Assembly (NCBI RefSeq): GCF_000400465.1 | Contig: NW_008806275.1 | Span: forward strand, 60,001 to 92,000 | DNA from: Wallemia ichthyophaga EXF-994 | Lineage: Eukaryota; Fungi; Basidiomycota | Length of the DNA stretch: 32,000 nt | Direction: 5' to 3' | Shown here: positions 1 through 9,035 of the stretch, piece by piece | Layout: every line of letters begins with the position of its first letter | How positions within the stretch are numbered: position 1 is the stretch's first letter | Notes under the pieces: model-generated | Told to the model about the DNA's origin: nothing | Database searches by the model: none | Seen by the model: only the letters and a program-made list of their open reading frames with translations | Translations under genes and position numbers: made by a program

Positions 1-552
1 ATGAGCAGTGGGAAAAGTGAGAGCAGCCCAGTGACAGTGCATGGTAGGTGGAATTTGTCATCATAGTCTGCTCCTGCTTAAGTTTATGCAGTCTTGGATA
101 CAGTTTCTGGTAAGCCGGCGCAGGGGATAACAGTTGAAATCAGCGACGCGTCCAAGAATACAATGGGCATTGAGTGAGCAGTGTGACATAGTTACCAGTT
201 TTACTCACTAAAATTGTCCAGAAAAACAAATGAAAATGGTCGCTGCGATACCATCCTAGAAAAACTCATACAGAATAGACCAGCAAAAGGCGCGTATAAA
301 GCCAGGTTCTATACAGAGGAGTACTGGTCAAAGAAATATACAATACCATTCCATCCGTTTGTCGATGTCAGTATGAGTTTTTACCTTGTGTCTAACTCAC
401 GCTTATCATTGAAGGTTTGGTTCAGTATACTCAACACCAAGGAGCATTATCATGTGAGTCTAGCTTGCTTCTTAGCCGTGCATCCCTTCTGACGCCTTCA
501 GATACCACTGCTCATCACTCCTGCCAGCTACACGACTTACAGGGGATCGTAG
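1..552 (+). CDS. URAH: 5-hydroxyisourate hydrolase (transthyretin-like), 119 aa; exons 1-43, 92-173, 222-366, 415-453, 502-552
   Basis: The spliced product MSSGKSESSPVTVHVLDTVSGKPAQG...PFHPFVDVWF...HYHIPLLITPASYTTYRGS* carries the HVLD..G.PA N-terminal motif and the C-terminal YRGS tetrapeptide of HIUases. Four GT-AG introns restore the frame. The ATG is at base 1, so an upstream extension cannot be excluded. Confidence 0.93.
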
Positions 553-632
553 CGTGGCACTTGTGTAAGGTTTTTGTGATGATTCACGTTTATAATGAAT
601 GAAGCGATGGTAATTACAATGCAAGTTTTGGG

Positions 633-2059
633 TTAGTCATTAAGATTGTAGTATATGTTTTTGTCTTGGTAAGGTGTCTGAGTTTGTGAAGAGCGCGATG
701 ATGTGGCAGAGTTAGCAGAGCGTGCGGACATAGGTTGCTGCGCTCTTTTCTCGAGTTTCAGCGGTTTAGTTTGAGTTGGAGGCGTGTTGACTAGAGGTAT
801 TTCCCATTCCCACACTTGAGCCAGCCAAACTGCCAAACGATCAGCAGGGAATTTCTGGCTCGTCTTTTTCACCCAGCTATCTTGGAGGAGTTGAGAAGGC
901 GATGGACGCGTTGCTGGATCTCTATCTAGACATTTTCTCACAAATGCCTTGATGCCAGACGACCATTTGAGACCTATTTCTGGCTCATCTGATAGTTCCG
1001 GTGGTTTGGATAGCGTGATCATATTTATCAGCTCTATCGGGCCCAGAGGCTCTTCGTTGGCTTCTTGGTACGGATATCTGTTCATGGCTACCTCGAGCAG
1101 TGTGAGTCCTAGCGACCAAACATCAGAATTTACTCTGTATCCCTGTCCTTTTGCATCCATTCGTTCAGGCTGAGAAGTGAGCTGTGATTGAGACAAAAGG
1201 TGCAAGAACTCACAGCCATATAGAACTGAGTACCGGTAAATGTCTCTGCTATACTACCTTGGAGTTCTCCAGATACACCAAAGTCACATAGCTTGACTTG
1301 ACCATTCCGCGTGATGACAATGTTCGATGGCTTGATATCTCTGTGAATGATTCTCTTGCTGTGGAGATATTCGAGCCCTCGGAGGACCTATGTGGGGAGT
1401 GAGTAAAGTCATCACTAAGATACCCCACCCACGCTGAAAGCAATGTTCCCGAGTGGCTTCTCGCCAGTCCTTCCCTGTCTCTTACGTATATGTTTGTAGA
1501 TTCTGTCGAGACTGCCACCCTCTGCGTACTCCATGCATACGTCGATTTCCGTGTTTTCTGAAGTTAGATAAGCGCCGTAGTATTTGATAATAGTTGAATG
1601 CTGGCAGTGCTTTAAGAATGATAGCTCACGCAGTAGCTGTTTGTGGATGGCAGGATCCGGGGAAGTTGACATGGATTTCTTAGCCATCACCATATCTGTG
1701 AGCTTATGCTTGACTTTAACGACGGAGCCACCAGCGCCCTCACCAAGTTTATCGATGACAGCGAGATCACGCGGGTTCATGTCGTAATCGTCGCCCAGTG
1801 GTATTTCCAAATCCTGTGGTTTGGGTGGTCGAGGAGGTGGAGCGGGTGCTGCGTAGACTGTCTTGTCGTAGTCGAGATTTGAAGAAGATGGCTGTGATGG
1901 CTGCAATTCTTCATTTGATGGTATGGCTAGCGATAGAGATGGTTTTCGCGCGTCGTGCGTATCCAGCTGATAACTCATCCCAGGAGCGTTATCGAGCTTT
2001 GGTATTTCAAGCTTCGGCATTGGCTTCCTTGATGGCTTCTTCGGAGGTAAGAATGCCAT
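633..2059 (-). CDS. MKK1: MAP kinase kinase, cell-wall-integrity type (Mkk1/Mkk2/Pek1), 445 aa; exons 2059-1433, 1387-1214, 1169-633
   Basis: Kinase motifs [16 protein letters not shown] and [26 protein letters not shown] (S-x3-T activation loop). [12 protein letters not shown] matches the Mkk1/Pek1 subfamily. N-terminal basic+LxI docking segment [13 protein letters not shown]. Introns of 45 and 44 nt. Confidence 0.9.
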
Positions 2060-2327
2060 CTTTGTGATTTGTTGATTTCTTTTCGTGCTCGAGCTCTTGG
2101 CTGTCGATGGGTGAGGCGGGTGCACACACTCACCACGCACACCGGCCAAGATGGCCGCAGTGTGACTTTTAATCAGTCTCGTGAACCCAACATATATCTT
2201 CTAGAACACATTGCGCGTAAGATGTACACCACCGAGGGAATTACAAGTTAATTATAAATGCTGTTAGTAAATGTTACAAGAATGTTTTGATATTTGTTTG
2301 TTGTATTTGCTGCATTCGCAAGATATC

Positions 2328-2770
2328 TCAGTACCTCCTCGTGGACTGCGCGTGTGCATAGCTAACGCGTATTCTTCTACCGTCCTATGATTGAGATTAG
2401 AGTGCTCTCAGCTACTCACAAGGAAATACTCACCAACTCAACCTCATTCATACTCTCAAGCGCACTGAGCGCCTCCTTGTCGTTTGCGTATGTCACAAAG
2501 CCAAATCCTCTGGATCGGCCAGTAGATCTGTCTTTCATTACGACGTAGTCCTGTATTTGACCAAATGGACTGAATGCCTGGTCTTAGCGTAAGTACGGTG
2601 GGTACGGTGAGTACGCTAACGACGCTAACGACGATGACGTCTTATTTCACCCACTTGCACAAGCCCTTCATCGCCCGTGTTCCAGCTGAGATTTGCTGAT
2701 ATCCGCTGTCAGCCTACATGCTATTCTTCACGCTTTACTGACAAATGTAGATTTTTGAGTTTTCGGACAT
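2328..2770 (-). CDS. Single-RRM RNA-binding protein (GRP/CIRBP-like RRM without glycine-rich tail), 89 aa; exons 2770-2743, 2695-2655, 2577-2434, 2384-2328
   Basis: The spliced product [89 protein letters not shown] has RNP2 (IYISNL) and RNP1 (RGFGFVTY). Introns of 47, 77 and 49 nt. Not in the ORF track. Confidence 0.92.
2589..2639. repeat. Degenerate 9-nt-period tandem array inside RRM-gene intron 2
   Basis: The + strand reads GTAAGTACG GTGGGTACG GTGAGTACG CTAACGACG CTAACGACG ATGACG, with units starting at 2589, 2598, 2607, 2616, 2625 and 2634. Confidence 0.85.
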
Positions 2771-2931
2771 CGTGGGGAAAGTCTAAGGAAGTCTAACGGA
2801 TGAAATTAAGTCATTATCATATACAATTGCTCTATTCTTATTCTATGGCTTGTCGATAGGTTGTTGAAGTTTTTGAGGTTGTTAACGTTGTTTGTTTGCT
2901 TGTTTTGTTTGTTGCTAATCAATTGCGCCGT

Positions 2932-4145
2932 CTATGCTTTGTCTATCCGATTGAGAAAATCTTTGACCAATTCATAAGTATAGAAAGATACTCCAATACT
3001 CGGCGCCACTGCATTTGTCAATTTATACACTCGAATCGTTTATCACTGTGACCCACCTAGATTTTATTAGCAGATGTAGGAAGATTTTCAGCTCATCTCA
3101 AACACACACCTTTCATCCAATTGGCAACTATACCTCTATATAAGCCCTTGACACTGTTTTTGAGAGTAATTAGGCATGCTTTATCGCAAAATACCCCACT
3201 CACCCCTCTGATTTGACAATATGTCTCACAGCATCGATCGATCCGTCGTATTTGAGTCCGAATATACCATTAACTTGCATCTTCCGTCTGAGGACGTCGC
3301 AGGGGTATCTGAAGAAGAAAGACGAGTGAGCATGTCTATGCGCAAGCTCACACCCTAACCCACGTGATTGTCTGAGATATCGTTCCAGAAACGGCGCCAA
3401 TAAGTAGCGTCATACAGCGATTACTTTCTACAGGCACATAAGGCTTGAGTGCTTCGTATATAGCGAATGAGCAGCCGACATAAGGAGCGATACCGGCACA
3501 TGACACCACTGAGCCACGATAGAGTGCTCTAATACCACCCTCTTCATAGTAGACCTTCTTTCCCATGCCCAAAATGCCTAATTGAGCATCACGGCGCGAT
3601 GATTCGAGACCGAGACTGGCAGTTGCGATCGATAGTCTCGAGCGGACGAGATCTAGTGGGTATGTAGCAGTAACTGATGCACAGCCTGCTATTGCACCTG
3701 CTGATAATCTCTCTAGATTACTCAGATGTGCGTCTTTCCTCCCGCCGCCGAGAAAGACCTTGACAACCTCGTATGTAGAGAATTGTATTCCTGAGTAGGG
3801 GAATATGCGCAGACAGTTGAGATAGTTGCCGCGGTAGAAGCCTTTGAAACCTTCTTCTGTGTACATCTTCAAAAGTGAGGGCCAGAATCGAGTGTACTCT
3901 GAATTCGACTGGACTTGTTGAAGTATCTTGAGCCTCTCCATTGGACTAACAGCTGTGCGGGAAGCTGCACCACTGATTCCACCTGCTAGCAACCACTCCA
4001 TGATCTTCCTCGACTGGAGATGCGTAGGGGTTGTCGTTGTGGTTTTGCTGGTGTTGTTGAGATTACTACTATTACTGCCACTATTTCCACCATTCAAATT
4101 ACCACTCTGTTCCCCGCTTTCCCCGCGTAGATCACTATAAGCCAT
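2932..4145 (-). CDS. Mitochondrial carrier (SLC25), YPR011C/Mrx21-SLC25A42-like, 335 aa; exons 4145-3364, 3308-3204, 3153-3110, 3008-2932
   Basis: Three Px[DE]xx[KR] repeats (PMERLK, PLDLVR, PCDVLR). LAGGISGAASRTAVSPMERLKILQQVQ and RGNYLNCLRIFPYSGIQF closely resemble yeast YPR011C. The C-terminal KVAPSIGVSFYTYE is restored by splicing. Confidence 0.9.
3009..3109 (-). other. Composite 101-nt intron = 53-nt intron (3109-3057) directly abutting a 48-nt intron (3056-3009)
   Basis: The minus strand reads GTGTGT...GCTAATAAAATCTAG|GTGGGT...ATTGACAAATGCAG. Each half has its own donor, branch motif and acceptor. The flanking exons join as AAA G|TG GCG (K-V-A) with no room for coding bases between the halves. 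Confidence 0.65.
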
Positions 4146-4232
4146 TCTCAATGATTGAACTAAAGATAGCAGATATATACCGAAAGAGCAACGAAATGTT
4201 TAAATTTTCAAATACAGTCTATGTTAATCACT

Positions 4233-5636
4233 TTATAGCATATTCCTCAAACTCGTTGTGAAAGCCTTTGGTGAGCCACCTGCCTCGGTAAACTTGGAAA
4301 GGAGCAATTCATCCGACATTGGATATGACAAGCCGAGAGTCTTGCCGAGAGATTCGAACACACCGACGGCTTCGGCGAAGGAGAGCTTGTTCATTTCTAC
4401 CAATTTGAGACCTTGGGAGTTATTGAGATGGTTTACGTTCCATTTGTGAAATGGATTAACTGGCTTCTGAGGCTGCAATCCAAGTTGAGCGAGGAGTAAA
4501 GGTGGTATCTGCATGCTTGTAGGAGTGCTGGAGGTTGCTGCGACTATAGCACCCTTGCTGAACTGCTGTCTACCACTAATCAATTCGAGAAGTTTTGCGG
4601 TTACGGATAGTTGGTAGGGTTGAAGCTTGTTGAAATGCTGGTCTCTGTATAAGGTGGGTTGATAGAGTGCTTGGAGTGAGTCAATGGCAAGGAGTGTTGG
4701 GTAGGTGGACTGCTTGTTGAGTTCTGCGAAGACACCTTCAAAAACTTCAACAGCGCTTTGTTCAGATTTTGATGGATGCATGCAGAGATTGTATAGACTG
4801 TCATCCTTTTTCACTTGAGCGTAATCCTGTGAGATTTTAACATTTACGAGCTTGTCCTTATTTGATTCAGCGAATGATCTGAGCAAAGAAGCTGAGAGTG
4901 CTGGCTGTGACCAGATAGAGTTGCTTTGAGAAGGAGGCAGATAGTCATAGCTGCTGTCGACCAAGTGTTGAGAGTTTGGTATGTAAATGACCAGATAACC
5001 CGATTGCTGGGCGTAGACGACAGACTGGAGGAGAGAGATGGATCTGCCGCTGCCAGCGTCACCGTGAAGAACGAGTCTGGTGTCTTTGCTGGGGCTATTG
5101 GCAGCCTTGTCCAGATAGTCGATAGATTTCAGTGTAGAAGCGCGAATAACGGCGTGTGGTTGTGTTTGAGCGTCGAACTCTCTAGCCAGGGTAGGTGGGA
5201 TACCCGTGTGCTTGATAAAGCTTAGATCGTTCTTTGTAAATTTCAAGGGAGAACCGAGTGAAGATTGAGTGAGGCGTTCTGGGAGGAAATCTGACATGAA
5301 TGAGAGGTCTGGCTGAGGACCCTGAAGCTTCTCGTAGCGGGCTGTATTGGTGTGTGTCTGTGCTGTTGTCAGCTGAGTATATATGAGATTCGAGGAAACA
5401 CACCTCAGTCTTCATTTTACCGCCGCCTTTATTCTTCTTAGTAAAGCTGTTAGACGCCTTTCTTGGGGCTAAAAGATGTAAGAGAGATGATCTAGCTGCA
5501 GTGCACTCCACTTACGCTGTGCCTTCTGGCCCTTCTTTGGTGGGAGATGTATTGAAGGCGTGCTGGTGAATTGCCTAACGCCTGTGAAGAGAGTATTCCT
5601 GGCTGATCTCTGTGCCATATGCGCCATCTGTGCCAT
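4233..5636 (-). CDS. RSM23: Mitochondrial small-subunit ribosomal protein mS29/DAP3, 436 aa; exons 5636-5516, 5468-5404, 5357-4233
   Basis: Presequence-like N-terminus (SARNTLFTGVRQFTSTP). P-loop region LVLHGDAGSGRSISLLQ, followed by GYLVIYIP and PTLLAIDSLQALYQPTLYRD typical of the DAP3 family. Introns of 47 and 46 nt. Confidence 0.85.
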
Positions 5637-5765
5637 TGTACTTTATATCTTCTATTTCCGAGATGGTGGTCGTAATCGGTCAAGGAGATGGACGCATCTT
5701 GTTCACAAACTACCAACACCAAATTCTAAATTCAAATCCCGAGTCGACTGATAGTCCTCATTGCA
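5637..5765. promoter_or_regulatory. 129-bp bidirectional promoter region between RSM23 and ARC40
   Basis: Divergent start codons at 5636 (-) and 5766 (+). Position only; no specific motif is assigned. Confidence 0.6.
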
Positions 5766-6959
5766 ATGTCCAAGCCTGAAGTTCTCCCAATTAATTTCTC
5801 TGTCCCCGTTTCCGCGTACTCGTTCAACGCTGACAGATCAAAACTCGCTGTCTCCCCAAACAGCAACGTTCTCCAGATCTACGACAAGTCCCCCGCTGGC
5901 TGGTCTCTCTCGGCCGAGCTCAAGGAACACGACAAGCTCATCACTTCCATCGACTGGGCTCCACACTCCAACAGAATCGTCAGCTGTGCTCAAGACCGCA
6001 ACGCTTACGTTTGGTCTCTCCACGCCAATCAATGGAAGCCTACTCTCGTACTCCTGCGTATAAACAGAGCTGCCACTTACGTCAGGTGGTCTCCCTTGGA
6101 GAATAAGTTCGCTGTCGCTTCAGGTGCACGCGCGATCGCCGTATGCTCATTCGACGCTGAATCTGATTGGTGGGTAGCCAAGCACATAAAGAAACCTCTT
6201 CGCTCTACCGTGTTGTCCATCGACTGGCACCCAAACAACGTCCTCTTGGTTGCCGGTTCTGCTGATGCCAAAGCCCGGGTATTCTCAGCCTACATCAAGG
6301 ACGTCGACTCAAAGCCATCACCCAGTGTGTGGGGTGAGCGTCTTCCTTTCAACACTATCTGCGGCGAGTACTCCTCTCCTGCTGGTGGTTGGGTGCACAG
6401 TGTAGCCTTCTCTCCCTCCGGCAATGCCATTGCATTTGCCAGCCACGATTCCAATCTTAGCATTATATACCCCACAGGCGTCGACAATCCGCCTTCTGTG
6501 TTCAACGTCCGCTTGACTTCGCTGCCCCACGCTTCACTCACTTTCCTCACCGAGGACAGCATTGTCGGGGCTGGATACGATTGTCAGCCTATGCTCTACC
6601 AACTCGTCAACAACAACAGCTGGCAATTTGTCAAATCTCTCGACGACGCAACGGGCGCAGCTAACCAACCTAAAGCTGGTGTATCCGGTAGACTGAACAA
6701 CACCGCCTTTAACGCTTTCAAGGCGGCAGATAGCATGGGCGCTACTGCTGGCATGACTGGCGTTGGCACGGGTGATACCGTCCTCACAACCGTTCACCAA
6801 AACACTATCACCGCCGTTAACCCTTTCGCAGGTGCTCCCGGTCACCTCACTCACGTATCCACCGCTGGTATTGACGGGAAGATCGTCATTTGGGATATTA
6901 ACTCTGGCGGCGCTGGTGTAGCTGGTCTTGTTAAGGAAACCTCCCAAATGGGTTTGTGA
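5766..6959 (+). CDS. ARC40: Arp2/3 complex subunit 1 (ARPC1/p41, WD40), 397 aa, intronless
   Basis: HDKLITSIDWAPHSNRIVSCAQDRNAYVW, PTLVLLRINRAATYVRWSPLENKFAVASGARAIAVC and WWVAKHIKKPLRSTVL are hallmark ARPC1 segments. Confidence 0.96.
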   Translation: MSKPEVLPINFSVPVSAYSFNADRSKLAVSPNSNVLQIYDKSPAGWSLSAELKEHDKLITSIDWAPHSNRIVSCAQDRNAYVWSLHANQWKPTLVLLRINRAATYVRWSPLENKFAVASGARAIAVCSFDAESDWWVAKHIKKPLRSTVLSIDWHPNNVLLVAGSADAKARVFSAYIKDVDSKPSPSVWGERLPFNTICGEYSSPAGGWVHSVAFSPSGNAIAFASHDSNLSIIYPTGVDNPPSVFNVRLTSLPHASLTFLTEDSIVGAGYDCQPMLYQLVNNNSWQFVKSLDDATGAANQPKAGVSGRLNNTAFNAFKAADSMGATAGMTGVGTGDTVLTTVHQNTITAVNPFAGAPGHLTHVSTAGIDGKIVIWDINSGGAGVAGLVKETSQMGL

Positions 6960-7078
6960 GGTCGGCTAGATGATAAATGAATGTTGATATTTTCTTTACA
7001 TTTGTTGATTAGCTGATTACTTTGTCTATATCCCACAATACAGTGTTACATCGGGGGTGTTAATATGAGGTCTTACCC

Positions 7079-8048
7079 TCAGTTGCGCTCTATGGTATCA
7101 CACTCGTTGGCCTTTCGCTGAATTTCTCCACGTGGGTCAATTAAAAGTGCGCATATATAGAAGGATACTCACGACGGAGCGTTTGGAGGTAAAAGACTCG
7201 TTGTCGATGCTCTCATCTCCTTCTTGTCGCTTAGGTGGACTAAACGAGTGTTTGTCGTCCGAGTAGCGAGGCAGGGGTGTTTCTGAACGCGACCCGAGCG
7301 GCTCTTTGCGCGACTTATAGCGATCGTAGATCTTTTCCAGTCCGCTAAGGAATATTTTACTTTTGCTGAATGTGCCACCGCCCTGGGTACTATTCGAGCT
7401 ACTCTTGGCATTCGTGCCATCTTCGCCGCCGCGTGGACCGACGAAAGACCAGCTTGTCTGATCACGCATTTCGCGGGAGACTTTGCGTGACTTGCTGCAT
7501 TTGGCTGTAAGTTGAGCAATCCAGCTGAAAGGGGGTGGGAGGACGCTACACCAAGCGTCAATCGAGCACATGCTGCGCGCCTCCTTGACCTTAGTCCCGA
7601 AAAGCCCGAGGAGGAGGTTGATGCAGGCGACTATAGCGAGTGCATAGAGACCAACAAGCGCACTCTTGCGCGTCTGCCTTTGTGAAAGGCCGGTGAACAC
7701 CACACTCACCTCCCACAACGCGGCGAAAAGGAGACCATACTCACTCCCAATGAGGGGAATATGCGTGGAGAAGGCACTGTTGTACACCTCACTCAATGCG
7801 AGAATCCAGCATTGGGTGAAGAGGCAGAGGTGGGTGAGGAGACTCCAGACGGGTCCCATGAAGTGGGTGGGTATGTCTGTGCCGTCCGAGTAGCCGTTCG
7901 TACCGTCGATCCCACTCACCCAGGTATCTACATGCTTCGACTGCACAATTGTTTCAATTAGCTGCGTCACGGCGACCAGCACCAGCACACCTATCGTGAG
8001 CAGTCTGAGCATATTGAGCGCAATTCTGATTGGTCCTTCAAGAAGCAT
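7079..8048 (-). CDS. Uncharacterised fungal membrane protein with about 4 N-terminal TM helices and a Ser/Lys-rich cytosolic tail; 3' exon uncertain
   Basis: Long ORF with first ATG at 8048 and four hydrophobic stretches (e.g. LRLLTIGVLVLVAVTQLI, GLYALAIVACINLLLGLFG). GTGAGT donor at 7172. An acceptor at 7118 gives a stop ending at 7079; an alternative acceptor exists at 7126. Confidence 0.65.
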
Positions 8049-8551
8049 TTCCTGGCTCGGTATCTGTTGTATTCTATCTGATGAGTGCAAGTGTGCGTGT
8101 GTGCGTGTTTTAGACGAGCCAGCGTCTGGAATAACTTAGCAGATGATTAGCGTTGGTGGCAGACTAACGAGGAATTACGCGTCAGCTTTACCGCCTTTCT
8201 CTCCTCAAAAACCCCCATTGTTTGGAGAACAATGAATTTTACGCAGGAACACAGGTACCACTGTACGCAAAGGTGTGTATATTTAAACGTCTGGAATCAG
8301 CCTGGAGAGGTTTTGGAGGGGTTGCTCGGGTGTATTGACTCGGTGTTGAGTGTCTCGCTTTTCGGCGCTTCTGCTAGGCACCAGTTTGCAGCGAGCCAGC
8401 CGAGCAAAGAGGACGGGACTATGCGGATAAATTTCTGCAACTATCAGGGCATACACGCAGCTACACAGCTATACAACTCATAGATAGAATAGTGCACCGA
8501 CGTCATCCCCTTCCTCTCGACAGCCATCTACTTGATTTTGAAATACAGAAA

Positions 8552-8948
8552 ATGCTGAGGATAGGTGCACTCAGAAGCAGCGCAAGATTGTAAGCATATT
8601 CAAACTCAGTTGGTACAAGTCCCCTGAGCATACGATTCACACGATTCAGATACTCCACGAGCAAAGACAAGTTCAGCGCACCGATCGTAGAGTCGTTGAA
8701 AGGTGAGTGGCGCAGGAACACGCTAGTACTCGACGCAAACTCGCAACACGTCAGGCGGAACAGCACTCGAGGAGCCTACACCCGGAATAGCCCCACATGA
8801 AAATGCACAGGACGCGCGAGAGGCCAAGGAAGACACCCCAGCTGGACCCACTCTCGCCGACGTCGAGCATCTTTCTCCAGAAGACCTCGGTGGCGGTGAA
8901 GTGGGTGAGAGAGCTCTGGGAGATAAGGGCCAGCAGAAGGATAAATAG
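8552..8948 (+). CDS. Small acidic protein with mitochondrial presequence, 94 aa; exons 8552-8589, 8650-8702, 8755-8948
   Basis: GTAAGC..CAG (60 nt) and GTGAGT..CAG (52 nt) introns join an open frame MLRIGALRSSARLYSTSKDKFSAPIVESLKGGTALEEPTPGIAPHENAQDAREAKEDTPAGPTLADVEHLSPEDLGGGEVGERALGDKGQQKDK*. Arg-rich presequence with R-L-Y|S motif. Not in the ORF track. Confidence 0.85.
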
Positions 8949-9035
8949 GGGTGAGAGCGAGAATGTTGCACAAGTCAATTTGCATGTATTTAAAGGATTT
9001 CAAGCTATCACAAGCTATAGTAAGCTAGCACAATT

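Noticed and set aside
3351-3360. CACCCTAACC, telomerase-template or telomere-like word
   Set aside because: A single copy inside carrier intron 1 (minus-strand donor region GTGGGTTAGGGTG), with no repeat array or RNA context.
5560-5751. 63-aa + strand ORF with a hydrophobic Cys-containing stretch
   Set aside because: It is antisense to RSM23 exon 1 and the bidirectional promoter, has a non-ATG start, and the hydrophobic pattern arises from the MAQ repeat on the other strand.
8503-9003. Minus-strand ORFs (8503-8766, 8751-8978 and others) resembling a small membrane protein
   Set aside because: They have no good ATG or splice sites and are shadows of the + strand three-exon gene at 8552-8948, which has canonical introns and a coherent product.
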